Origin: an uncultured archaeon
GTDB lineage: Archaea > Iainarchaeota > Iainarchaeia > Iainarchaeales > DTGL01
DNA length: 64,000 nucleotides
Direction of reading: 5' to 3'
Assembly: GCA_964551725.1 (NCBI GenBank)
Contig: CAZKED010000003.1
Location: forward strand, 21,617 to 85,616
In this document: one piece after another, positions 9,593 through 19,441 of the stretch
Layout of the letters: the number at the start of each line of letters is the position of its first letter
Position numbering within the stretch: the stretch's first letter is position 1
The notes under the pieces: model-generated
Database searches by the model: none
Told to the model about the DNA's origin: nothing
Seen by the model: only the letters and a program-made list of their open reading frames with translations
Made by a program: the position numbers and the translations under genes

Positions 9593-11374
9593 GTGGAAAT
9601 GCGCACTCCAAAAATCACACTGAGAAAAATTTATTCCGGCGACAGGGTTGCGGAAATAGGCGATGATACAATAACAATAAGCGTTAACGTAAACCTGAGC
9701 GAAAAAAAAGCGCTTGCTTCCGCCAGAAAACTCCTGAGAAAGGGCGAAAAGCCCGTGCGCCTTACAATAAGCCTGTGCCCCGAATGCTATGAGGAGAAAA
9801 AGTATTCGGAGATGCGCGTGCCAGCGCTGATTTTCGAACGCGACAGCGAAATATGGATGCGCAAAAAATGCAGCAAGCACGGCACTATTGAAGAAAAATA
9901 CTGGGAGGACGCTGGTTACTATTACAGGCAGATGTTTTACGCTGACCCCGGCATAGAGTTGGAAAAAGTGCAGGTGGACAAGCCCTTGAGGGAACTTCGC
10001 TGTCCCCTGGACTGCGGCCTCTGCAACCAGCATAAATCGCATACCTCGCTTGCGAACATTGTCGTAACAAACCGCTGCGATTTAACCTGCTGGTACTGCT
10101 TTTTTTACGCCAAAAAAAACGACCCTATTTACGAGCCCTCAATGGAGCAGATACGAAAAATGCTCCGCGTGCTGCGCTCGGAAAGGCCTGTTTCGCCCAA
10201 TGCAGTGCAGTTAACCGGGGGCGAACCCGCACTGCGAAAGGACATCGTGGACATAGTGAAACTGTGCAGGGAAGAGGGCTTCGAACACGTGCAGTTCAAC
10301 ACCAACGCAATTGAACTCTCTCGAAAGCCGGCGCTTGCAAAAAAACTTGTGGACGCCGGCGCTAACGTGCTCTACCTGAGCTTTGACGGCGTCACGCCGC
10401 AGTCCAATCCCAAGAACTTCTGGGAAATCCCAAAAGCGATTGAAAACGTGCGGAAGGCGAAAAACTGCGGCGTTGTTTTGGTTCCAACAGTAATAAACGG
10501 GGTGAACACGCACGAAATAGGGGACATTATACGCTATGCCGCAGCCAAGGTTGACATTGTGCGCGGAGTAAACTTCCAGCCGGTTTCCCTGGTCGGAATG
10601 ATGCCGCACAACGAGCGAAAAAAACAGCGCATCACAATACCGAAAACAATAAAACTCATAGAAGAGCAGACCTCGGGGCAGATTACGCTGGACGATTTTT
10701 ACACCGTGCCCTGCGTTACCGCAATCACTAATTTCGTTGAATCCATTACACAGAAGCCGGAGTACAGGTTTTCAACACACTTTGTCTGCGGTGCCGCAAC
10801 ATATGCATTCATCGACGAGAAAAACGACTTTGTGCCCATCACGCGGTTCGTGGATGTCGAAGGACTGTTCGATTACCTCAACGGGCTTTCGAGGCAGATT
10901 AAAAAAATGCCCATTAAGAGCGTGGGAAAAGTTATAAGCGCGAGCAGGCTGTTGTACAACCTCAATTCATTCATCGACAGGGGGAAACAACCGAAGAACC
11001 TCGAACTGGGAAAGCTTCTCACCCGCGCGCTGATCTCAGGAACATACGACGGTTTAAAGGAATTCCATTACAAGAGCCTGTTCCTCGGAATGATGCATTT
11101 CCAGGACCTCTACAATTTCGACGTTGACCGCGTTGAAAGGTGCTGCATCCATTACGCCCTGCCGGACGGCAGGATTGTGCCTTTCTGCGCGCACAATGTT
11201 GTTCCAGAACTCTACCGCGACAAAGTGCAGAGGGAGTATTCCATTTCCCCGAAGGAATGGGAGAAAAGAAACCATGCAAAACTCAAGGACGACAGGTATG
11301 TGCGCAAGGTTACGGAAAAGGATACGAAAAGGATTCAAAAACATTACAGGGACGCAATTGAAAAATTCAAGTGA
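9593..11374 (+). CDS. Radical SAM enzyme with N-terminal Cys/His ribbon
   Basis: 593 aa. CxxxCxxC in VVTNRCDLTCWYCFF, GGEPALRKD SAM/glycine motif. N-terminal CPECYEEKK...CSKHG ribbon, C-terminal extra Cys (RCCIHY...CAHN). Size and layout resemble large archaeal radical SAM lipid/cofactor enzymes (Tes/GDGT-MAS-like?). Not proven. Confidence 0.7.
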   Translation: MEMRTPKITLRKIYSGDRVAEIGDDTITISVNVNLSEKKALASARKLLRKGEKPVRLTISLCPECYEEKKYSEMRVPALIFERDSEIWMRKKCSKHGTIEEKYWEDAGYYYRQMFYADPGIELEKVQVDKPLRELRCPLDCGLCNQHKSHTSLANIVVTNRCDLTCWYCFFYAKKNDPIYEPSMEQIRKMLRVLRSERPVSPNAVQLTGGEPALRKDIVDIVKLCREEGFEHVQFNTNAIELSRKPALAKKLVDAGANVLYLSFDGVTPQSNPKNFWEIPKAIENVRKAKNCGVVLVPTVINGVNTHEIGDIIRYAAAKVDIVRGVNFQPVSLVGMMPHNERKKQRITIPKTIKLIEEQTSGQITLDDFYTVPCVTAITNFVESITQKPEYRFSTHFVCGAATYAFIDEKNDFVPITRFVDVEGLFDYLNGLSRQIKKMPIKSVGKVISASRLLYNLNSFIDRGKQPKNLELGKLLTRALISGTYDGLKEFHYKSLFLGMMHFQDLYNFDVDRVERCCIHYALPDGRIVPFCAHNVVPELYRDKVQREYSISPKEWEKRNHAKLKDDRYVRKVTEKDTKRIQKHYRDAIEKFK

Positions 11375-11388
11375 TTCTTTTTACCTGC

Positions 11389-11898
11389 TTATTTTATCAT
11401 GTCCGCCACGCTTGCGCTCATTGACGCCGGAAAGGAAACAATTGCGGCACGGCTGAATGCCACAAGAGGAGCGGAATCCCAGGGAGCCCGCTGTATCAGC
11501 GTTAAAAGCGCGGATACAACCAAAAAGGAAACAAAATAGGTAACCACAACTCTTTTGACGAATTCCGGCCAGTGCCTTTTCATTTGCCCGCGGTAATAGT
11601 TGTAGTAAACAAAGGAACTTATGAAAACAAGGGAGACGAACAGGAGCCCCAAAACGTTCTGCAGGGGCAGTGTTTCCCCGAGCCTCCACGTTTCCTCCGT
11701 GAAAGCGACAGGAATAGCCAGAATTGACGCGCCGACAATGACCTGCATCACATCCCTCGGATAAAACCTGACCATTACCGGCTTTATCATTTTGTGCAGT
11801 ACCTTTCCCTTTTTGTCAAAGACAGTTACAAGCTCTGAGGGATGGCCCAAAACGCTTATAATCTCTTTCGTGCTCCTGAGCTTCTTTTCCTCGGGCAT
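11389..11898 (-). CDS. Hypothetical membrane protein
   Basis: 169 aa, 4 TM helices. Confidence 0.45.
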   Translation of the reverse strand: MPEEKKLRSTKEIISVLGHPSELVTVFDKKGKVLHKMIKPVMVRFYPRDVMQVIVGASILAIPVAFTEETWRLGETLPLQNVLGLLFVSLVFISSFVYYNYYRGQMKRHWPEFVKRVVVTYFVSFLVVSALLTLIQRAPWDSAPLVAFSRAAIVSFPASMSASVADMIK

Positions 11899-11961
11899 TC
11901 AGTATTATTGGAAAAGCAATCTTTTTAAGCAGTAAAGGGCTATTCTAAAAGGGTGGTTTGA

Positions 11962-12408
11962 GTGTTAAAATGCTTCAAGAAACTCAACTGGAAGAAAATA
12001 ATAATATCAACAGTCCTGGGGGGAATTGCTCTCTTTGTGCTTTCATTTGTTTTCACGGCGATTTGGAGTGCATTGTTCCCGCAGTACAATATTTTCAGCA
12101 TCGGGGGAATGCGGTCGGTTGACGACCCGGTGCTGGCGTGGTTTTATGCCTACCCTTTCGTTCTGGCTTTCTTTTTCAACATTGCCTACAGCATACTGCA
12201 TACAGCGGTAAAGGAAGACACGTTATTCAAGCAGGGGCTTGCATTCGGCATAACGGTCTGGGTGCTATTTTCACTTTCAGGGTTGTTCCTTATATGGAGT
12301 TCAATGGACTACGGTGAAACCTTTTTGCTCACAAAATTCACAGGGGACCTTGTTTACTTCGCGGTGCTGGGAATAATTGCGGCGTGGACCTTCCGTGAAT
12401 TCAAATGA
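11962..12408 (+). CDS. Hypothetical membrane protein
   Basis: 148 aa, 4 TM helices. Confidence 0.45.
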   Translation: MLKCFKKLNWKKIIISTVLGGIALFVLSFVFTAIWSALFPQYNIFSIGGMRSVDDPVLAWFYAYPFVLAFFFNIAYSILHTAVKEDTLFKQGLAFGITVWVLFSLSGLFLIWSSMDYGETFLLTKFTGDLVYFAVLGIIAAWTFREFK

Positions 12409-12478
12409 AAACCCGTGCCCGCCAGGGGTAAAACATTAAAAGCGTTGCGCAAAAATATTAGTAGTAACATACAACAGT

Positions 12479-12550
12479 GCCTTGGTAGTCTAAAGGTTAG
12501 GATGCGGCCCTGTCGAGGCTGCGATTCGGGTTCGATTCCCGGCCAAGGCG
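12479..12550 (+). tRNA. tRNA-Asp (anticodon GTC)
   Basis: GCCTTGG acceptor pairs CCAAGGC, anticodon stem CGGCC/GGCTG with loop CTGTCGA, T arm TCGGG-TTCGATT-CCCGG, discriminator G73 (72 nt). No CCA. Confidence 0.8.
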
Positions 12551-12610
12551 AATCAGGCAATTGGCGAACTTCGGTTCGTCTTTTGCCATTCTGGTTTATG
12601 GGGGAAAGCA

Positions 12611-13607
12611 AATGAGATTGGCTGCAACAATTCCATTGGCAGCATTGCTGCTCGCTTTTTCTTTCCTTTCCGGCTGCCCGCAGCAGCCGGACTGCGGGGG
12701 GCATTCCCTGGGAGAGCAATGGATTGCTGACGATAACTGCAACACCTGCACCTGCACCGAGCACGGAACAGCGTGCACTGAAATCGCATGTGAGCCGGAA
12801 GATTACTGCGAGGAAGCAGCGGACTGCGAGGAAAAAGACCTGGCGCACATAATGTGCGTGGGGCACTGGGAATGCGAAAACAACAAGTGCGCCTGGAAGT
12901 GCGAGGAATCCGACGCGGAGGGAACGGGCATGACGGAAATGGAAGCGAAGGAAATAGCGGAAAGGTACGTGCGCAAAATGGGGCAGTACAGGGAAAACAC
13001 CGGAATAAACCTCAAGACCGCGAGTGCGGAGGAACTGGAGTGCAAGGGCTGCTGGGCACTGAAACTGGAATTCGATTTTTTGACGGACGAAAACGCAAAG
13101 GAAGTGAAAACCGCTTATGCGCTGGTTGAAATAAGGGAAGGCGAAGTGGCGGAGCACGCGATTTCAACCACGGGCTCGAGGGCTGTGGAAAAAGGAAACA
13201 ACGTAAAAGTTCATTACGTTGGCACGCTTGATGATGGCACAGAATTCGATTCCTCGCTCGGCAAGGAACCGCTTGAGTTTGAGGCAGGAGCCGGAGAAAT
13301 GATCGGGGGATTCGATGCCGCTGTGATAGGGATGGAAATTGGCGAGGAGAAGAACGTGCGCTTGCCTCCGGAGGAAGCTTATGGAGAATACAATCCCGCA
13401 CTGGTAATGCTGGTTCCGAGGAAGCAGATAGTCATGGAACAGGAACTGGAAGCCGGGCTGATGGTTGCATTGAACCAGCCCGACGGAACGCTTGTGCCGG
13501 CAACAATCCTTGACTTCAATGCTGATTTTGTAAGACTGGACCTCAACCCGCCGCTGGCGGGAAAAGCGCTCAATTTCTGGATTAAGGTAGTGGAAATTTC
13601 GGGCTGA
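12611..13607 (+). CDS. Secreted/lipoprotein FKBP-type peptidyl-prolyl cis-trans isomerase (SlyD-like with IF insert) with N-terminal Cys-rich domain
   Basis: Signal peptide and lipobox (MRLAATIPLAALLLAFSFLSGC). Roughly 80-aa Cys-rich module, then VKVHYVGTLDDGTEFDSS...EFEAGAGEMIGGFDAAVIGMEIGE. The ORF-track start at 12561 is TTG abutting the tRNA; ATG at 12611 preferred. Confidence 0.7.
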
Positions 13608-13644
13608 GCAAAGACAGGCGCGAAAACAATTTAAAAAGCTTTCT

Positions 13645-14679
13645 TTGGGTTACTGCTGTATGGGAAAAATTTCCGGCAACCGGGAAAAAAAAGCGATAAA
13701 TGTCCGCAGTCTGGGCAAGTCCTACGGAAAACTGAAAGCAGTTGACTCCGTAAGTTTTTCTATCGAGGAAGGGGAGATTTTCGGGCTGCTCGGACCCAAT
13801 GGCGCTGGAAAGACAACGCTAATTTCAATGCTTGTCACAATGCGGAAGCCTTCCTCCGGCTCCGCTGAAGTCAACGGCTTCGACGTGGCAGGGCAGCCCG
13901 GAGCGGTCAGGAAAAGCATAGGAATCGTTTTCCAGGACCCGAGCCTCGACGAGGAGTTGACTGCAATTGAAAACCTGGAAATGCATGCAGCGCTTTACGG
14001 CGTTCCGGGAGCGGAGAGAAAGGGGAGAATCGGGGGCGTACTAAAACTCGTGGGGCTCGAAAAGAATTCAAAAATGCAGGTGAAAAAGTTTTCAGGCGGA
14101 ATGAAGCGCCGCCTTGAGATAGCGCGCGGCTTGGTGCACCATCCGCGTATTCTCTTCCTTGACGAGCCCACTCTCGGTCTAGACCCGCAGACAAGAGCCG
14201 GAATATGGGAGCACATAAGGGAACTGAACAAAAGGGAGGGCATTACCATAATTCTCACCACGCATTACATGGACGAAGCGGACAGCGTTTGCGGAAAAGT
14301 GGCCATAATAGACCACGGCAGAATAATAGCTTCCGGCGCTCCCGCACAGTTGAAAGACGAACTGGGCGGCGACATAATTTCAATCAAGTGCTCCGCCAGC
14401 GAAAAATGCGTTGATGGACTGCGAAAACTGAAATGGGTGAAATCCGCGGTCAGGCACAACGGCTTCATAAGCGTGCGCGTGCAAAAGGGCGAGGAAAAAA
14501 TCCCAAAAATACTCTTCTTGATGGAAAAAAACGGAGTGAGCGTTGAATCGGTGAGCCTGAGAAAGCCCTCCCTGGACGACGTGTTCCTCCACTACACCGG
14601 GAGGACGATAAGGGAAGAGGAAGCAAAGCCTTTGGAGGCAATGCGCCTGAGGAGAAAGGCGAGGACGGGAAGAAAATGA
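13645..14679 (+). CDS. ABC transporter ATP-binding protein (ABC-2/DrrA-like) with C-terminal extension
   Basis: Walker A GPNGAGKTT, signature FSGGMKRRL, Walker B ILFLDEPT. Confidence 0.85.
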   Translation: MGYCCMGKISGNREKKAINVRSLGKSYGKLKAVDSVSFSIEEGEIFGLLGPNGAGKTTLISMLVTMRKPSSGSAEVNGFDVAGQPGAVRKSIGIVFQDPSLDEELTAIENLEMHAALYGVPGAERKGRIGGVLKLVGLEKNSKMQVKKFSGGMKRRLEIARGLVHHPRILFLDEPTLGLDPQTRAGIWEHIRELNKREGITIILTTHYMDEADSVCGKVAIIDHGRIIASGAPAQLKDELGGDIISIKCSASEKCVDGLRKLKWVKSAVRHNGFISVRVQKGEEKIPKILFLMEKNGVSVESVSLRKPSLDDVFLHYTGRTIREEEAKPLEAMRLRRKARTGRK

Positions 14680-15431
14680 ACCGCGAAATAGAGGGAATCT
14701 ACGCCCTCTGGAAGCGTGAAATCATAAGGTTTTACCGCTCAAAGAGCAGGGTCATAGGAAGCCTTGGAATGCCTTTCTTTTTCCTTGCAATCCTCGGAAC
14801 AGGACTCAACAACGTATTCAGCGTTCCTTCCGGTGGCAATTACCTTCAATTCATTGCCCCGGGCATAGTTGCAATGGTTTTAATGTTCGGCTCGATTTTT
14901 GCAGGCGTGATTGTTTTAATGGACCGCCAGTTCGGTTTCCTCAAGGAAACACTTGTCGCCCCAATAAGCAGGCTTTCGGTCGTGCTCGGAAAAGCACTGG
15001 GCGGGGCGACAACCGCGGTAATGCAGGGCGCCATAATAATGGGGATTGCAGTCCTCCTCGGCGCGGAAATGCAGCTGGGCGGAATGCTGCTCGTGCTGCC
15101 TTTCATGTTTCTGGTTTCATTGATGTTTGTTTCCCTCGGCATAGCGATTGCCTCAATGCTCGAGGACATGCACGGGTTCCAGCTGATAGTGAATTTTCTC
15201 CTGATGCCAATGTTTTTCCTGAGCGGCGCGTTGTTTCCGCTTTCCTCCGCGCCGGAATTCCTGCGCATCGCGTCTTTCCTTGATCCTTTGACTTACGGGG
15301 TGAACGGTCTGAGATTCCTTTTGCTGGGGCATTCTGACATCGGATTTTTTGCCTGCCTTGCCGTCATTTCTTTTTTTACAGCGGTGTTCGTTTCACTCGC
15401 GATATTTCTCTTCAACAGGATAGAGGAATGA
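14676..15431 (+). CDS. ABC-2 family transporter permease
   Basis: 251 aa, 6 TM helices. 4-nt overlap with the upstream ATPase. Confidence 0.75.
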   Translation: MNREIEGIYALWKREIIRFYRSKSRVIGSLGMPFFFLAILGTGLNNVFSVPSGGNYLQFIAPGIVAMVLMFGSIFAGVIVLMDRQFGFLKETLVAPISRLSVVLGKALGGATTAVMQGAIIMGIAVLLGAEMQLGGMLLVLPFMFLVSLMFVSLGIAIASMLEDMHGFQLIVNFLLMPMFFLSGALFPLSSAPEFLRIASFLDPLTYGVNGLRFLLLGHSDIGFFACLAVISFFTAVFVSLAIFLFNRIEE

Positions 15432-15442
15432 GGCATTGCATG

Positions 15443-15946
15443 CTAGGGATTCAGGAGCATTACGTAAAAGTTCAGGAATGCCGCGAACGAAACCCATGCA
15501 ATGTAGGGCAGCAGGAGCAATGCCGCGGTTTTCGAAATCCTGTGGAAAAGGAAAATGGTTGCGGCTATTGCTAGCCAAAGGACAATTATTTCAAGGAAAG
15601 CGAAAGGCGGGCTGCGCAGCCCGAAAAAAAGAAAGGACCAGAGCGCGTTGAGGAAAAGCTGGACTGAAAAAACCGACAGCGGAAATTCGTTTTTCCTTAT
15701 TCCCCTACTTAAAACAAGGAAAAGGGAGATTCCCATGAGGACGTAGAGAAGCGTCCACACAGGAGCAAAAAGCCAGTTGGGCGGGCTGAAAAAGGGCTTG
15801 TTCAGCGAGGCATACCATGTCGGAATGCTCGGCGCTGTGAAGACTGAACCAATGAAGCCGGCGGAAAGGCATATTAAGACGGAAAAAACAAGCAAAAACA
15901 GGTTTTTAAAACTAAAGCCCGCTTTTACTGAATTCTTTAAATTCAT
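15443..15946 (-). CDS. tspO: TspO/MBR family tryptophan-rich sensory protein
   Basis: 167 aa. WYASLNKPFFSPPNWLFAPVWTLLY and 5 TM helices typical of TspO. Confidence 0.75.
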   Translation of the reverse strand: MNLKNSVKAGFSFKNLFLLVFSVLICLSAGFIGSVFTAPSIPTWYASLNKPFFSPPNWLFAPVWTLLYVLMGISLFLVLSRGIRKNEFPLSVFSVQLFLNALWSFLFFGLRSPPFAFLEIIVLWLAIAATIFLFHRISKTAALLLLPYIAWVSFAAFLNFYVMLLNP

Positions 15947-16022
15947 TAAATTATTGGCGCGATAGGCATTAAATTGGCTTTGCTTTTGAATTCTGCCGCA
16001 AAAAAACCGCTTTTTTCTACGG

Positions 16023-17762
16023 CTAATCAGAAAAAAACCTCATTATTGCCCCGGAAAGGGACTTTCCTTTTCTGTGTTCCGCGGGGCTTTTCCCCGGCTT
16101 CAGCCCTTTCACTGCCCGGTCAAGTCTTGACTTTATCTTCGCAACAGCCCTTCTCTCCCTCAGAGCGGAGCGGAAAATATTCCTCATCGTTTCCTCTTCA
16201 ACGAAAACGGATTTTCTTTCAATCAGGCGGATTTTTCTCTCAAGAGCAGCAAGTTTTTTCAGTTCAGAATTAATCGAAGCATAGAGCGCCCTGAGCAGTT
16301 CCCATCTGCTTCTCGAAATCCCCGAAAGGGAGATAAGCCCCATTGCCCTCTTTCTCATTCCCTTGAGCTTCCGTATTTCGGGAAGTATTACCCTGCCCAG
16401 GTTGGCGTAAATAAGCGAAGCCGCGCTCCTGCTCTTAAGCACAACAATGTTCTGGAAATTCATGTGGGCGTAGGCAAGGCTTCCTGAAACAATTTCAAAG
16501 AAAACTATTTTTGACGGAACCCTCCTGGTTCTCGGCTCGTCGATTCCCTTCAGTGCAAGCAGCGAGGAAAACCTGAAAACCGCGGAGAGCAAAAAAACGA
16601 ATTTGAGGTCCTCAACGAAAAAAAACGCCGCACCACTGAAAAATTCGGCGAGCATTCCCCCGATGGCTGGAGCGAAAACAAGGGGAACGCCCACTATCGT
16701 TCCAAGCAGTGCCAAAAACCTCGGCTTGCGTTCCCCGGGAACAATGTCCAGCTGGTAAGTGAATGCGGAAAGGGTAAAACCACCCCAGAAAACTCCCGCC
16801 AGCAAATTTATCGCAACGGCATGCCAGGGGCGCGTTACAAAAAGCCAAGCCAAAGGCACGAAAGAAATTCCCGCAGCACAAATTATCAATATCGCGCGGT
16901 TTCCGTATTTGTCCGCCAGGGGACCCCAGTGCTTGAGGGAAAAAACGCTTCCCAGACCGAGCGAAAACGCCGCAAGGGGAACCCAGTACGCTTCCGCGGC
17001 AAGGTTTTTGAGTATGAAGGCGTCCCAGAAAGGGCTCGAAATTCCGAGCCCGAAATTCCACAGCAAAAAGAAAACAACAAACCACTTGAAATTTCTTTTT
17101 CTCAGCAGTGCCCTGAAACTTGTTTTCAGCGATTCCCACTTAAGGGGCTTTATTGCAGGCGGCTCGTAAATGGAGGAAACCAGTAAGACCGCTGCAACGG
17201 CAAAGGCAATGGCTATAAGGAAAAGCAGCTGGAAGCCCCAAAGCGGGTCACGGGAAAAAACGGCCACAAAAAGAGCGCCCAGCAAAAGGCTGAACAAAGA
17301 GGCAAGACCCATCGCATAATTCCTTTTGCCGAAATACTTTCCGCGGGAATTAACCTCGACCAGGTCCCCCATCCAGGAACTCCAGGCAGGGGACATGACG
17401 CTCAGGAAAAAAGCGTAAACCACGACGAAGAGGAGGAGGAAAAAAAACCAGTCCTGCAGGAAAAAGAGGGGGATTAACGCTATTCCCAGCCACGAAAACT
17501 TCGAAGCAGCGGAAGAAACCACTGCAATCAGTTTCCTCCTGCCCTTTCTTTCAACAAGCAAAGCGGAAGGAATCTGCCCGAGCAGGCTGAAGAGGGCCAA
17601 GAAAGCAACCATCAAGCCGAGCTGGAAATTGTTCGCCCCCAGGGTTACGGCAAAAGCCACGAGAAAGGGAGTCGTGAGACTGAGGAAAACCGTTGCAAAA
17701 GCGCCCTCGGCTATCGCCAGAGAAAGACTCTTTCTTATTTTTTCAAAATAATTTCCGTCCAT
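16023..17762 (-). CDS. MFS transporter with roughly 180-aa C-terminal cytoplasmic basic domain
   Basis: 579 aa. 12 TM helices, MFS motif-like GRRKL. C-terminal domain of unknown function. Confidence 0.7.
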   Translation of the reverse strand: MDGNYFEKIRKSLSLAIAEGAFATVFLSLTTPFLVAFAVTLGANNFQLGLMVAFLALFSLLGQIPSALLVERKGRRKLIAVVSSAASKFSWLGIALIPLFFLQDWFFFLLLFVVVYAFFLSVMSPAWSSWMGDLVEVNSRGKYFGKRNYAMGLASLFSLLLGALFVAVFSRDPLWGFQLLFLIAIAFAVAAVLLVSSIYEPPAIKPLKWESLKTSFRALLRKRNFKWFVVFFLLWNFGLGISSPFWDAFILKNLAAEAYWVPLAAFSLGLGSVFSLKHWGPLADKYGNRAILIICAAGISFVPLAWLFVTRPWHAVAINLLAGVFWGGFTLSAFTYQLDIVPGERKPRFLALLGTIVGVPLVFAPAIGGMLAEFFSGAAFFFVEDLKFVFLLSAVFRFSSLLALKGIDEPRTRRVPSKIVFFEIVSGSLAYAHMNFQNIVVLKSRSAASLIYANLGRVILPEIRKLKGMRKRAMGLISLSGISRSRWELLRALYASINSELKKLAALERKIRLIERKSVFVEEETMRNIFRSALRERRAVAKIKSRLDRAVKGLKPGKSPAEHRKGKSLSGAIMRFFSD

Positions 17763-17864
17763 AACAAAATCGCGTGCAATTAAAAAAGAAGGCTTTTCAT
17801 TCGGTAAAAATAATGCGCGTTAAAATTAATAAAACACACCCTGGAAGTTGCCCTTTTTCTGTTC

Positions 17865-18674
17865 CTATTCTCCCTTCCACTTAAAATAAATATAGAAAAC
17901 GCCGAGCAAGAAGAAAACAAACACCGCGAGCTCCGCCTGCACTGCGCCGTAATTCGTTGCAACGAACACCGCTACAGCGTCAACCGCGGAATGCCAGAGA
18001 ACCGCGAGGAAAAGCCAAAGCTTTTTTCTCTGCAAAACCGCGGTCAAAACCATTAGTGTCCATGCAACATGCAGGGTTATCGCCATAAGCCTTTCCGCCA
18101 GCCCTAGCAGGACGTGCAAAGGGTTCAAATTCATTAACTGCTCTATCTGTTCCTGCATTGACTGTACTTCTTCTGCCGTGAGACTGCCGCCGTATGCTGC
18201 ATTAATGTCCGATATCTGTCCGGCGGTGAGGGGCGCCGCGGAAAGGTAAGCCAGGAGGGCAAATGCCACGAGCACTGCAACGGCAATGCTTTCAATTCCC
18301 CCCCAGCCCAGACCGAGCATTACGGCATTCTTCCTGTCCGGCTTTATTTTCTTCCGGGGAAAAAATTTTACAAACACAAGGCAACGGCCAATTTCCTCGA
18401 ACAATCCCGCGAGCAAGCCGGCGTAAGCGGAAAAAACGAGCAGGAGAAAAGGCTGCTCCAGTCCCATGCCGCGGAGAAATTCCGCGAACGGAACCTGCGT
18501 GAACTGAATCAGGGGAATGTGAAAAACCTGCACGAGAACAAAAAAGGCGGCGCCGTAAGCGAAAACCTTTTTGGATATTCCTGTTCTGCGGGAAAGCCAG
18601 AAGGCAATTCCCAGCGGAACGAGAATTTCAAGCGCTGCCACGAGCAGGAACGCTGCAACGACAAGCAAATCCAT
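17865..18674 (-). CDS. YhfC-family (DUF2324) putative intramembrane glutamic metalloprotease
   Basis: 269 aa polytopic. FEEIGRCL (EExxR) and conserved His/Trp-rich helices characteristic of YhfC/CPBP-like proteins. Confidence 0.5.
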   Translation of the reverse strand: MDLLVVAAFLLVAALEILVPLGIAFWLSRRTGISKKVFAYGAAFFVLVQVFHIPLIQFTQVPFAEFLRGMGLEQPFLLLVFSAYAGLLAGLFEEIGRCLVFVKFFPRKKIKPDRKNAVMLGLGWGGIESIAVAVLVAFALLAYLSAAPLTAGQISDINAAYGGSLTAEEVQSMQEQIEQLMNLNPLHVLLGLAERLMAITLHVAWTLMVLTAVLQRKKLWLFLAVLWHSAVDAVAVFVATNYGAVQAELAVFVFFLLGVFYIYFKWKGE

Positions 18675-18720
18675 TATCCAATGGAAAGAAAAAAGTAATA
18701 AAAATCCTTACGGAAGCACT

Positions 18721-19011
18721 TCACTCGATTTTTTCCAGTTTTCCGTTCCTTCCAGTGCTAACCTGAATCGTGCCCTGGAATTCCGAGCACCACCCATTGC
18801 TCAACTTCACCTTGTCGCCTTCGCCGAATTCGGAGCACTGCTCGTTCCACAGCGTCAAGGAAACCTCCGCGTCCTCTGAATCCTTTGCTGCCGCGGAGCA
18901 TACCTTGCCGGAGCCGCGGTCGTTTGCAAACTCTCTTACATCGCCTTTTGAGACAATTTCCAGTTCGAGTTCTTCCACGCCAGTGCGGGGCTTCAAATCC
19001 TTTACAAGCAT
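18721..19011 (-). CDS. OB-fold nucleic-acid-binding protein (single-domain RPA/SSB-like)
   Basis: 96 aa. KDLKPRTGVEELELEIVSKGDVREF...GKVCSAAAKDSEDAEVSLTLWNEQ...GDKVKLSNGWCSEFQGTIQVSTGRNGKLE matches the short OB-fold ssDNA-binding pattern. Confidence 0.55.
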   Translation of the reverse strand: MLVKDLKPRTGVEELELEIVSKGDVREFANDRGSGKVCSAAAKDSEDAEVSLTLWNEQCSEFGEGDKVKLSNGWCSEFQGTIQVSTGRNGKLEKIE

Positions 19012-19201
19012 TAAACCACTTCCTTTCTTTCATTTTTCAATGGTAAGATTAGCATGGCGGGAAACAATTAAAAAAGGAAGCGTAGTGGAATTCCCCTAAA
19101 AACGGAATTCCCGCTGTTTTAGTCCGAAAGACGGCAGCGCAAAGCAACAAAAAGGTTTTTAAATTGGTAAAACAACCCCATTATAAAAGCGGTGACTGGA
19201 T

Positions 19202-19438
19202 ATGATTGCATTGGCTGGTCTTGTATTAATCGCCTGCGGCTGGCTACTGCAGCTTGCGGGCGCATTTAAGGGAAAAAAGGAGGTAAACAGGGGGTTTGTT
19301 GCCGTTTACTGCCTGGGAGCCGCATTGCTTGCATGGGACGGCTTCTCAAAGGGCATGAGCGACACCGCTTTCCTGAACCTTGCATCGCTTGCCGTCGCAC
19401 TGGCGGTTTTGCTCAAACTCGTGAGAGGGAAACGGTAA
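19202..19438 (+). CDS. Hypothetical small membrane protein
   Basis: 78 aa, 2 TM helices. Confidence 0.35.
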   Translation: MIALAGLVLIACGWLLQLAGAFKGKKEVNRGFVAVYCLGAALLAWDGFSKGMSDTAFLNLASLAVALAVLLKLVRGKR

Positions 19439-19441
19439 AAG

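Noticed and set aside
12354-13157. 267-aa minus-strand ORF
   Set aside because: It is fully antisense to the well-supported FKBP lipoprotein gene, with Arg/Phe-rich low-complexity translation.
16612-17186. Several 120-175-aa ORFs on both strands inside 16023..17762
   Set aside because: They overlap the MFS transporter gene in other frames; Arg/Gly-rich artefacts of a GC-skewed membrane-protein gene.
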